Shown one piece after another: positions 18,815-27,724 of a stretch of DNA of 64,000 nucleotides. The position numbers and the translations under genes were made by a program. Source of the stretch: Candidatus Latescibacterota bacterium (GTDB lineage Bacteria; Latescibacterota; UBA2968; UBA8231); NCBI GenBank assembly GCA_965219385.1, contig CBDCNM010000001.1:1228631-1292630 (forward strand), given 5' to 3'. Every line of letters begins with the position of its first letter. Positions within the stretch are counted from its first letter, which is position 1. The notes beneath the pieces are model-generated. The model was given only the letters and a program-made list of their open reading frames with translations. It had not been told where the DNA came from and searched no databases.

Positions 18815-21800
18815 ATGAATGATGGCAAAGTAAACGAGTCTGTTGTCGAACAAGCCGGTCTTGCGTGGCTTGAGAGCCTCGGCTGGACTATTGCCCACGG
18901 ACCGGACATCGCCCCCGACACTGCTGATGCGGAACGCACTGACTACGGTCAAGTCTTCTTGGAGCAACGGCTGCGGGACGTCTTGGCCCAGCTCAATCCC
19001 TCGTTACCCACAGATGCCCTCGACGACGCCTTCCGCAAGCTGACCCTCCCAACAGGCGCAACCTTAGAAGCGCGCAACCGCACTTTTCACCGGATGATGG
19101 TGGACGGCGTGCCGGTCGAATATCGGGCCGACGGTTCGATCCGTGGGATGCAAGCACAGGTAATCAACTTCGACGATGTGGGGGCCAACGATTGGCTGGC
19201 GGTCAATCAGTTCACCGTCTCCGAAAACCGGCATACCCGCCGCCCGGACATCGTACTATTTGTCAACGGCCTACCGCTCGGAGTGATCGAACTCAAGAAT
19301 CCAGCGGACGAAGACGCCACCATCTGGACGGCTTGGCAACAATTCCAGACCTACAAGGCCGAATTGCCAACGCTGTTTGCGTTCAATGAACTGCTGATGG
19401 TGTCGGACGGAACGCTGGCTCGCGTCGGCACGCTCACTGCCGGACGGGAGTGGTTCAAGCCTTGGCGCACCATCACCGGCGAAACGCTGGCCGATCCCAA
19501 TAAGCCAGAGTTACAGGTCACCTTGGAGGGCGTCTGCGAGCCGGGGCGGTTTCTGGCCCTTGTACGCGACTTCATCGCGTTTGAGGACGATGGTAGCGGT
19601 GCGCTCGTCAAGAAGATGGCCGGCTATCACCAGTATCACGCGGTCCGGGTCGCCGCTGACGAGACATTGCGGGCTGCCCAATTGCAGCGATCAGCAGAGC
19701 GTATCAGCGATGTCCTAGGGCGCTACGAATCGGGCCAACAGCCCGGTGGCGACCCCGGCGACCGGCGCATCGGCGTGGTCTGGCACACGCAAGGGTCGGG
19801 CAAAAGTCTGACGATGGTCTTCTATGCCGGGTGCATCATCCGCGAGCCAGCTATGGAAAATCCTACCATCGTCGTGCTGACTGACCGCAATGACTTGGAT
19901 GACCAGCTTTTCAGCACCTTTTCTCGCTGCCAGGACCTGCTCCGCCAGTCGCCAGTGCAGGCGGACAGCCGGGCCGATCTGCGCAGCAAGCTCTCGGTCG
20001 AATCGGGCGGTGTGGTCTTTACTACCATCCAGAAGTTTTTCCCCGAAGAAAAGGGCGACACTCATCCGGTGCTTTCCCATCGCCCCAATATCGTGGTCAT
20101 CGCCGACGAGGCCCATCGCAGCCAGTACGACTTCATCGACGGCTTCGCACGGCATCTGCGCGACGCCCTGCCGCAGGCTTCTTTTGTCGGCTTCACCGGC
20201 ACTCCCATTGAGCGACAGGATGCTAACACCCGCGCCGTCTTCGGCGACTACATCAGCATCTACGACGTCCAGCGCTCCGTCGAGGATGGAGCTACGGTGC
20301 CCATCTACTACGAGAGCAGACTCGCCAAGCTAGCCCTAAACGAACGCGAACGTCCACTCATCGACCCCAAGTTCGAGGAAGTGACCGAGGGCGAGGAGGT
20401 AGAGCGCAAGGAGAAGATCAAGACCAAGTGGGCGCAGTTGGAGGCCCTCGTCGGCACAAAGGAGCGGCTGAAGTTGATCGCCCAAGACATCGTCCACCAC
20501 TTCGAGCAGCGCCGCGAAGCCCTAGACGGCAAGGCCATGGTCGTTTGCATGAGTCGGCGCATCTGCATTGACCTCTACCGCGAGTTGGTAAGCCTGCGCC
20601 CGGGTTGGCACGACGATGACGACGCCCGGGGTGCCATCAAGGTCGTGATGACCGGCTCGGCGTCCGATCCCCTGGAATGGCAACCGCACATCCGCAACAA
20701 GCCCCGGCGTGAGGCCCTGGCCAAGCGGTTCCGCGCCGCCGCCGACCCGCTCCGCGTCGTGCTGGTGCGCGATATGTGGCTCACCGGCTTCGACGCACCC
20801 AGCCTGCACACCATGTACGTGGACAAGCCCATGCGCGGCCACGGACTGATGCAGGCCATCGCCCGGGTCAACCGCGTGTTCAAGGACAAGCCTGGTGGCC
20901 TTGTGGTGGATTACCTAGGGCTGGCCCAGGAGCTAAGACGCGCCCTTGCCACGTACACCGAGAGCGGAGGCACGGGGCAAACGGCACTGGATCAGAAGGA
21001 AGCCGTAGCCGTTATGCTGGAAAAGTACGAGATCTGCTGTGGCCTGTTCTATGGGTTCGACCGGTCGAAGTGGATCAGCGGCACACCGCAGGAACGGCTG
21101 GGCCTGTTGCCCGCCGCTCAGGAACACATTCTGGCGCAAGAAGACGGGAAAGACCGCTGCGTGCAGGCCGTGCGCGAGCTATCCCAAGCCTTTGCCTTGG
21201 CCGTGCCGCACGAGGACGCCCTGCACATCCGGGACGACGTGGGGTTCTTCCAGGCGGTGCAATCCGTGCTCGCCAAGAGCGCCCCCAGCGGCGCACGGTC
21301 CAAGGAAGAAATGGACCACGCGGTGCGCCAGATCATCTCGCAGGCCGTGGCTTCCGAGGGAGTAATGAACATCTTTGCTGCGGCCGGGCTGGAAAAGCCG
21401 GACATCTCGGTACTATCAGACGAATTCCTAGCCGAGGTAAAGGGGATGCCGCAGCGCAACCTCGCCGTGGAGTTGTTGCAGAAGCTGCTCAAGGGCGAAC
21501 TCACTACCCGCCGGCGAAAAAACGTAGTGCAAGCGCGTTCTTTCGCCGAGATGCTAGAGCAGACCCTGCGCCGCTATCAGAACCGGGCCATAGAGGCGGC
21601 GCAGGTGATCGAGGAACTGATTGGGCTTGCCAGGGAAATGCGCGAGGCCAACGCCCGCGGCGAGCAATTGGGGCTTGCTGAAGACGAGCTGGCCTTCTAC
21701 GACGCGCTGGAGACCAACGACAGCGCCGTCCAAATCTTGGGCGACGAGACTTTGTGCAAAATAGCCCGCGAGTTGGTCGAGACCGTCCGCAACAACGCGA

Positions 21801-21958
21801 CCATCGACTGGACGCTGCGGGAGAACGTGCGTGCGAAGGTGCGCGTGCTGGTGAGACGCACCCTGAACAGGCACGGCTACCCGCCGGACAAGCAGGAGCA
21901 GGCGACGCGCACCGTCCTAGAGCAGGCAGAGGTCCTGTCAGAAGACTGGGCGGCCTAG
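18815..21958 (+). CDS. hsdR: Type I restriction endonuclease subunit R
   Basis: [62 protein letters not shown]. Confidence 0.97.
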   Translation: MNDGKVNESVVEQAGLAWLESLGWTIAHGPDIAPDTADAERTDYGQVFLEQRLRDVLAQLNPSLPTDALDDAFRKLTLPTGATLEARNRTFHRMMVDGVPVEYRADGSIRGMQAQVINFDDVGANDWLAVNQFTVSENRHTRRPDIVLFVNGLPLGVIELKNPADEDATIWTAWQQFQTYKAELPTLFAFNELLMVSDGTLARVGTLTAGREWFKPWRTITGETLADPNKPELQVTLEGVCEPGRFLALVRDFIAFEDDGSGALVKKMAGYHQYHAVRVAADETLRAAQLQRSAERISDVLGRYESGQQPGGDPGDRRIGVVWHTQGSGKSLTMVFYAGCIIREPAMENPTIVVLTDRNDLDDQLFSTFSRCQDLLRQSPVQADSRADLRSKLSVESGGVVFTTIQKFFPEEKGDTHPVLSHRPNIVVIADEAHRSQYDFIDGFARHLRDALPQASFVGFTGTPIERQDANTRAVFGDYISIYDVQRSVEDGATVPIYYESRLAKLALNERERPLIDPKFEEVTEGEEVERKEKIKTKWAQLEALVGTKERLKLIAQDIVHHFEQRREALDGKAMVVCMSRRICIDLYRELVSLRPGWHDDDDARGAIKVVMTGSASDPLEWQPHIRNKPRREALAKRFRAAADPLRVVLVRDMWLTGFDAPSLHTMYVDKPMRGHGLMQAIARVNRVFKDKPGGLVVDYLGLAQELRRALATYTESGGTGQTALDQKEAVAVMLEKYEICCGLFYGFDRSKWISGTPQERLGLLPAAQEHILAQEDGKDRCVQAVRELSQAFALAVPHEDALHIRDDVGFFQAVQSVLAKSAPSGARSKEEMDHAVRQIISQAVASEGVMNIFAAAGLEKPDISVLSDEFLAEVKGMPQRNLAVELLQKLLKGELTTRRRKNVVQARSFAEMLEQTLRRYQNRAIEAAQVIEELIGLAREMREANARGEQLGLAEDELAFYDALETNDSAVQILGDETLCKIARELVETVRNNATIDWTLRENVRAKVRVLVRRTLNRHGYPPDKQEQATRTVLEQAEVLSEDWAA

Positions 21959-21984
21959 CCGCCGCGTTTGTCGCTGCCCTATAG

Positions 21985-22200
21985 GAGTGTGAAGGTTGTC
22001 GAGTTAGATTTCTTCTCTACGACGCAGAGGATCGTTTTATCGGGGATGCCATGACGGGCGGCACTTACATAAATGGAATCGTTCATTTTGGGTATCCGCT
22101 GATTCTACCGGGTGAAATTTTTGTGGTTCAAGCCGAGAACGAAGATGTGCCCTTTGCGAAGGTGGCCCGATGGGAGGCCAAAATCTCTTTTAAGGCCGTG
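21985..22200 (+). pseudogene. Relic of an FxLYD-domain gene
   Basis: In-frame RVRFLLYDAEDRFIGDA...TYING...ILPGE with no start codon upstream of the motif (stop at 21982). Confidence 0.4.
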
Positions 22201-22254
22201 CGATTGGCACTAGTCTTTCTGAGGCTGAGGGCAGACCTGATTTTGAATTGCATT

Positions 22255-22362
22255 TTCCACGACAGCGTGGTGCGATCTTCTTCCGTCAACGTAATGGGGG
22301 TCGGAGGTCGTGCCATGCCTCCAAGATATATTCTGACGAGAACTCATGCAAGTGAGCACTAG
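22255..22362 (-). mobile_element. IS630-like left-end remnant
   Basis: TAGTG... end, GGAGG RBS, then MARPPTPITLTEEDRTTL (typical IS630 N-terminus), truncated after ~19 codons. Confidence 0.5.
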
Positions 22363-22480
22363 CCGCGTCTCTGCTATGCCGCAATGGCGCCAAGACCGGT
22401 GTCGCCCTGGATAAGCATATTGCCCATGTCGAGGTCGCCGGAGTCCCACCAGTAGTGCCCAGCAGGAGCTGTGAGCCGGT

Positions 22481-24259
22481 TCAAGACCCCGGGTCGGCGA
22501 TCAGCAGGATCAGCCTTCCCGAGAGATTGCTCGGCTCCCCTTCTACCAATTGCGCGATGAGTTGGTGGACGACGATGCGCGCCCGCAAGCCCTCATCCCG
22601 GGCCTCGGCGGAGAGGATCGACCGCAAGCGGTCATCCGCTTCGGTAGTGTGGTTGTACCCGGCTGCCAACGCAGCCGCGGCCATCGCGGCCAGGTCGAAG
22701 GCGGCGTGGCGGCCGTCCGCCGCAGCCACCGAAAAACGGCCAGACAAGGCGTCGAATTCGAGGTCATAGCTGCGCGGACCGCCTGGCTCCCGGACCGTGC
22801 GGCCACTGTCCGCCGTCAATGTCTGATGGATGATCAGGTGGAACTCCCCTACCGCAAGCGCTTCGGATTGCCCTGTTTCGATGTAGAACGATTCCGACGG
22901 CGGTACATACGGAATCGACAGTCGTGCGAGCAGATCGCGCGGCTGAAGAGTCAGGGTGGTATCGGAATCGGCAAACCACGGTTCGATGGCAGTCAATTTG
23001 TCGGTTTGGCGCATGTAGTCGACGATGCTGCTGATCCGTTGAGCCACCGGATTCGGCACCTCGGGTCCGGAGGCAACGACCCGGCCGTCGACAAGGCGGC
23101 CGTACTGCCTCAGCAGGGCCTCGAGCTGGCCGACCTGACTGCGCGTCGACACCGCCGTTGCTCCCCAGGGCCCGAAAGAGGAGAGGATCAACAGCGCGCC
23201 GAGCAGACCCGGGAGTATCTTCAGCCGCTGCCGCCCGAAGGCGAACAACGGGACTACCACCAGTAGCCAGAGACTGACCATACACAGGAAATAGCGGGAT
23301 TCAGTGACCCCGTACTTCCCGACCCGTTCGGCCACCGCAAGCACGAGCAGCACCAAGGGTACGATCAGCGCCGGAAACAGCCAGCGCATATAGATGGCGA
23401 GCCAGCGATACTTCGCCGCACGCCAGGGATGGGCGATCAGGAAGGTGACGACCCCAAAGGCGACGAAACCGCAGACCACCCGCGCAACCTGACCGTGGGG
23501 CAATGCCCCGTCGGCCGCGATCTTCCCCGCATAGACGTAGACCACGGCCAGATAGACGCTGGCGATCGGCACCAGCAGGAACACGGCGATCCACCGCAGA
23601 TAGGCCGGCGGTTCGTTGGGCTGCGCCCCCGTGAAGGTCCGAGGCAGCATGCCGAGCGCGATCAGCGGCCAGAGCAGCGCCAGTGCGATCAGCCAGACGA
23701 CCTGGTAGAACTCCGGCTCCACCTCGATACCCAGTAACACCTCGATGGCGGCGCCGAGCGCCGACAGGCCGGCGCCCGAGATCAGCGCGCTGACCAGACC
23801 GAACGCCGCGCTGGACAGGGCCAGATGGTTGCCGGCCCAGAACGCGTCGTTGTCAGGTTGGCGGTGGGTGAAGGGGGCGACCATGCACAGCAGAATCAGT
23901 CCGGACCCGAGAAACAGCACGGTGACGAGGATGGGTCGCTCGCTGTCGGCCGGGTCGGTGAACAGCTTCAGCGCGATCAGGGCGAGGGCCAGTGCTCCTG
24001 CTAACACGCCGAGGGCCCAGCGCCAATCCCGACCCTCGGCGACGAGGACCGCGGCCAGGGCAGCGAAGAAACCCAGGCCGCAGAGGCTTTGAGGGCGCAC
24101 CTGCGTGCGATTGACGACCAGAGCCGTGTCGAAGATGACATCGAGCATCAGCAGTACGAAGGCGATGGCACAAACCACCGAAAGCGGAAAGCGGCCCGCC
24201 GTGTCGATGAGCGCGAACAGCCGCGACCGTGAGAACAAACCCTGTAGCCAGCCCATCAT
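22481..24259 (-). CDS. DUF4153-like multi-pass membrane protein
   Basis: RFPLSV, many hydrophobic helices, YLAVVYVYAGKI, LP.GQV, ERVGKYGVTESRYF, SSFGPWGATAVSTRSQ. Confidence 0.75.
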   Translation of the reverse strand: MMGWLQGLFSRSRLFALIDTAGRFPLSVVCAIAFVLLMLDVIFDTALVVNRTQVRPQSLCGLGFFAALAAVLVAEGRDWRWALGVLAGALALALIALKLFTDPADSERPILVTVLFLGSGLILLCMVAPFTHRQPDNDAFWAGNHLALSSAAFGLVSALISGAGLSALGAAIEVLLGIEVEPEFYQVVWLIALALLWPLIALGMLPRTFTGAQPNEPPAYLRWIAVFLLVPIASVYLAVVYVYAGKIAADGALPHGQVARVVCGFVAFGVVTFLIAHPWRAAKYRWLAIYMRWLFPALIVPLVLLVLAVAERVGKYGVTESRYFLCMVSLWLLVVVPLFAFGRQRLKILPGLLGALLILSSFGPWGATAVSTRSQVGQLEALLRQYGRLVDGRVVASGPEVPNPVAQRISSIVDYMRQTDKLTAIEPWFADSDTTLTLQPRDLLARLSIPYVPPSESFYIETGQSEALAVGEFHLIIHQTLTADSGRTVREPGGPRSYDLEFDALSGRFSVAAADGRHAAFDLAAMAAAALAAGYNHTTEADDRLRSILSAEARDEGLRARIVVHQLIAQLVEGEPSNLSGRLILLIADPGS

Positions 24260-24579
24260 GCGATTCCTGGTTTTGTATCCGTTTGAAATTGTGGTGGTCG
24301 GTCGTGTCTCGGTTTGAAATGCGTTTCCTGTAGATCTTCGGGCGGTTCGGCTTCGGAGCCCGTGCGTCAATCAAGCCGACAATCTACTCCATGTCATGCA
24401 GGGTATCCGTTAGCCCAGCCGCCATAAGGGCTTTTTCATCGGAGGACGCTCCTTTTGGCTAAACGCGGATTGATCCGCGGCTGCTGTGAATAGACACGTC
24501 TTGCACGGCCAGGATCGCCTGGCGTGGGCGAGCAACCACTCGAAGTCCTGGCGCCGGCGGTTCTGCCGGCCATGGGGCC

Positions 24580-24775
24580 TTATTTGACGAGGAGCATCTT
24601 GCGCACCTGGGCGACCGGCCCGGCCTGCAACCGATACACATACACGCCGCTGGCGACCTGCTGGCCTCTCTGGTCGCGGCCATCCCAATGGGCGGCGCTG
24701 GCCGGGTCAGGTACTGGCCCGCCGCGCGATAGCCCAGATCGATTTCCCTGACCAAGGTCCCCCGGACATCGTATT
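24580..24775 (-). pseudogene. Relic of a FlgD-Ig-like/secretion C-terminal domain, truncated next to IS200
   Basis: YDVRGTLVREIDLGYRAAGQYLT / AAHWDGRDQRGQQVASGVYVYRLQAGPVAQVRKMLLVK* with one frameshift. Confidence 0.7.
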
Positions 24776-24789
24776 TACAAAATTTTCCA

Positions 24790-25445
24790 GAATTTTAGTC
24801 AGAGCACCTCCGGCAAAGCCGGAGGCTTGAAAAATGTGAACCGCTCAAAGCGGTTTATTCAACAGATCAGGTGCCCCCCGAAGGGGGCTACCTACTCGTC
24901 AAAGAGATCCAGTGGATCGAGACGACGGTCTTCTTCTTCCTGCGCCCGGATGTAGTGCCGCACCTCCTCTTCATCCTTACCCGTCCTCGACACATAATAC
25001 CCCCGAGCCCAAAAAGACTGGCCGGTGAAGTTTTTCTGCCGCCCCCCCCAAGTCCGGGCTACATGAATCGCACTCTTCCCCTTAATAAACCCGATCACTC
25101 GAGACACGGCATACTTGGGCGGAATCGAGATCAGCATGGGCCCATGATCCAACAGCAGATGCCCCTCGATCCCCGGACACTCCTTCTGCCGGGCCCGTGC
25201 ATGGAACACAGCACCCAGCTCTTTGCGCAAGGGACCATACCTCTTCTTTTTGCGACACCTGGGAATCCAGACCACATGAAACTTGCAGGCCCATCGACTA
25301 TGGCTTAAACTTTGCAAGGTTTCCATGGAGAGTTTTCCTTTCGCGGAGCTTTGGACGGTTCACGTTAGGAAGACTCTCTTTTATTGGCGGAACGGTCAAA
25401 CTCTGGGAGTCCCCCGGCAGAGCCGGGGGTTTACTCAGGATTATT
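24790..25445 (-). mobile_element. IS200-type (IS200/IS605 family, tnpA only) element
   Basis: Subterminal hairpins CCTCCGGC-AAA-GCCGGAGG (24807-24825) and CCCCCGGC-AGA-GCCGGGGG (25411-25429). Outer boundaries are approximate. Confidence 0.85.
24892..25326 (-). CDS. tnpA: Y1 transposase TnpA, probably inactive (HUH motif reads DHGP)
   Basis: CKFHVVWIP, DHGPMLISIPPKY, GFIKGKSA, FWARGYYVS, VRHYIRAQE. Confidence 0.88.
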   Translation of the reverse strand: METLQSLSHSRWACKFHVVWIPRCRKKKRYGPLRKELGAVFHARARQKECPGIEGHLLLDHGPMLISIPPKYAVSRVIGFIKGKSAIHVARTWGGRQKNFTGQSFWARGYYVSRTGKDEEEVRHYIRAQEEEDRRLDPLDLFDE

Positions 25446-25465
25446 ACCTGAAGGTCTATAAAAGA

Positions 25466-27121
25466 TTACCGGCGCTCCGCTTTGACCTCCCTCCACGTAG
25501 CATAGCCCACCACCGGTTTGGCCGTCCCGCAGTCCCCCGACAGGGGATCGTCGTCCCAGCGGATGATCTTCCACAAGCCCTCCTCGGTCTGGCGCAGCTT
25601 GTAGGTCATGGTCTGGACCACCCGGTAGCCATCGCCCTCGTCGTCAATCATCAGCATTTCCACCCGGCCCCGAAACACCTCCCAGTCTTCGTCTGGATGC
25701 CCGTCCGGATCGCCGGGAAAGGCCTCGGGGTAATCCCGGCCCAACTCGGTGCTACGCCCCTTCTCCGACATGATGAATGCAAACTCAAAGATGCGAAAAC
25801 GATTCAGAATACCCCGATCACTGCCGTCCCGGGTGCCCATGATCTCCAGCTCTTCCTCGCGGCCATTGGCCATGACCAAGTCGCCCCGACAGTCGAACTC
25901 GGTGAACCAGAAATCCTCGTCGATCAGCTCTTCGTACAGATCTTTGTTCCGGTCGTTCATGGCCTGGTGGAGATTGTCGATCAGGATCTCCGGACTGGTC
26001 GCCGCCGGCGCCGGCGGTGGCTGTTGGCCAGGACCTGGTAGGTACTCGGGCGGCGCAAAGGGATTGTCGCAGGCGCTCAACGCCCCCATCCCCAAACACA
26101 GCACCACCAGCATACCCATCACCCCCTTGCGGGAAAGCCCGGGGGTCCGGTTGCGCCGCCGGTCCAGCAGCAGGGCGATCCGGATGGCAATCTGGCCCCT
26201 GCGCTTTATCGCTCCCGAGGCCAGCACCGGCAGGCGGCTCCCCGTGCTCAGTTCCAGCAGCCGGGTCAGACAGACTGCATAGGAGCAACTCTTGCCGGTT
26301 TGCGCCACCACCCAGTCGTCGCAGGCGATCTCGCGCTCCAGGTCCAGGCGCCGGCCGATCCACCAGACCACTGGAAAAAAGCAGCACAGGGCCGCAATCA
26401 CCTTCTGCACCAGGTTGGACCAGTCGTCCCAGCGCCGGATATGGGCCAGCTCGTGCAGGTAGACCTGGTCCAATTCCTCGGCGCTCAAGACCCCGACCAT
26501 GGCCTCCGGGATCAGGACGACCGGATGCAGCAACCCCACGACCACGGGGGTGGAGATGGCCGGCGAACTGCGCAGCCGCACCGCTCTCCGCAGCCCGCAG
26601 TAGTGCGACCAGTGCCGCAATCGCCGCTGATACGCCACCGGCAAAGACTTGCTCTCCTGCCTGAGTCGCCGCATGTACAGGTAGCCTGCCGCCAATCGCG
26701 CCATCAACACGGCCGCGGCCACGGCCCAGAGCCCTACCACCAACAACGCCCAGGTACCCTTCGGCAACTGAAACCCCATACCCCGAAACGAATCCAGGCT
26801 CTGCACCCACTCTGCCCCCGGCACCGGCCGCCTGGCCAGAACGGGATCGACCAGTTCCTCGGCGGACGCGTAGACCGCGCTTTCCAGTCGCTTCTTTAAA
26901 TCCACCCTCTTCTCGCCCCCCATCCCCTGCAACAGCGGCAGGCAGAACACGGCCAGCAAGGTGGCCGCCCAGATCGCGTAGCGGGTGGCGGCATTGAGCC
27001 GTGGGTGAAAACGCAGCAAGAGGGCCACCAGCAAGGTCAATGCCAGCCCCTGCCAGAGGCCCTGCAGCCCCATGGCCACGGCTTGTTGGGCCGCCCGTTC
27101 AATGTTTGGGTACACGATCAT
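25466..27121 (-). CDS. BlaR1-like M56 metallopeptidase with a C-terminal lipoprotein-like domain
   Basis: LWQG, RYAIW, HELAHIRRWD (HExxH), REIACDDWV, YAVCL, RIALLL. Confidence 0.9.
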   Translation of the reverse strand: MIVYPNIERAAQQAVAMGLQGLWQGLALTLLVALLLRFHPRLNAATRYAIWAATLLAVFCLPLLQGMGGEKRVDLKKRLESAVYASAEELVDPVLARRPVPGAEWVQSLDSFRGMGFQLPKGTWALLVVGLWAVAAAVLMARLAAGYLYMRRLRQESKSLPVAYQRRLRHWSHYCGLRRAVRLRSSPAISTPVVVGLLHPVVLIPEAMVGVLSAEELDQVYLHELAHIRRWDDWSNLVQKVIAALCCFFPVVWWIGRRLDLEREIACDDWVVAQTGKSCSYAVCLTRLLELSTGSRLPVLASGAIKRRGQIAIRIALLLDRRRNRTPGLSRKGVMGMLVVLCLGMGALSACDNPFAPPEYLPGPGQQPPPAPAATSPEILIDNLHQAMNDRNKDLYEELIDEDFWFTEFDCRGDLVMANGREEELEIMGTRDGSDRGILNRFRIFEFAFIMSEKGRSTELGRDYPEAFPGDPDGHPDEDWEVFRGRVEMLMIDDEGDGYRVVQTMTYKLRQTEEGLWKIIRWDDDPLSGDCGTAKPVVGYATWREVKAERR

Positions 27122-27504
27122 CGCTCACCTTCCCCGATTATCTTCTTCAGGCGGTTCAGTTCCTCGGGATCGAGCTGCTCGTTTTCCAGGATATTGAGCA
27201 CCAGCGACTCGGCTGAATTGTCGAAAAAGCGGTTCAGCACAAACTTCACGGCGCTCTGGCGGGCGGTGTTGCGGTCCACCACCGGGGCGTAGAGGAAGGC
27301 CCGCCCCTGTTTGCGATGCCGGGTATAGCCCTTTTGTTCCAGGATTCTCATGGTGGTCAGCACCGTGCTGTAGGCCAGGGTCTGCTTTGGGGGCAGGGCA
27401 TCCATCACATCGCCGACCGTGGCCTCCCCCTTTTTCCACAGGATTTCCATCAGCCGCAGCTCGGCCTCCGTCAGGGTGGGTGATTTCTTTCGCGCCATGG
27501 CCAT
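27118..27504 (-). CDS. BlaI/MecI/CopY-family transcriptional repressor
   Basis: LTEAELRLMEILW, LAYSTVLTTMRILEQKG, GRAFLY, RFFDNS. Confidence 0.93.
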   Translation of the reverse strand: MAMARKKSPTLTEAELRLMEILWKKGEATVGDVMDALPPKQTLAYSTVLTTMRILEQKGYTRHRKQGRAFLYAPVVDRNTARQSAVKFVLNRFFDNSAESLVLNILENEQLDPEELNRLKKIIGEGER

Positions 27505-27519
27505 TTGTTCTCCTCGCTC

Positions 27520-27541
27520 AAATATTAATTATTTAATATTT
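27520..27541. promoter_or_regulatory. Palindromic operator candidate upstream of the blaI-like gene
   Basis: AAATATTAA-ttat-TTAATATTT, perfect 9-bp arms. A second dyad AACTA-N9-TAGTT lies at 27574-27592. Confidence 0.55.
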
Positions 27542-27665
27542 CCTCAAGTATAAAAAATTCAAACACACAATGCAACTAAAAAATTAATAGTTCGGCCGAT
27601 TGAACCGTTTTTTTGGACGGAGCGCCCACGGAGTGCTAAAAGATGTTGGCCGCCAGCATGAAGAC

Positions 27666-27704
27666 AAAAGCGCCCCGGAGTAAACAACCCCGGAGCGCTT
27701 TTTT
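27666..27704. terminator. Intrinsic terminator after thrS
   Basis: AAAAGCGCCCCGG...CCGGAGCGCTTTTTT hairpin with A and T tails. Confidence 0.7.
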
Positions 27705-27724
27705 GAATTCAGGGCGCAGATCCC

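Noticed and set aside
24790..25445. Possible TnpB/IscB RNA-guided nuclease associated with the IS200/IS605 element
   Set aside because: The two end hairpins enclose only tnpA; there is no room or ORF for TnpB.
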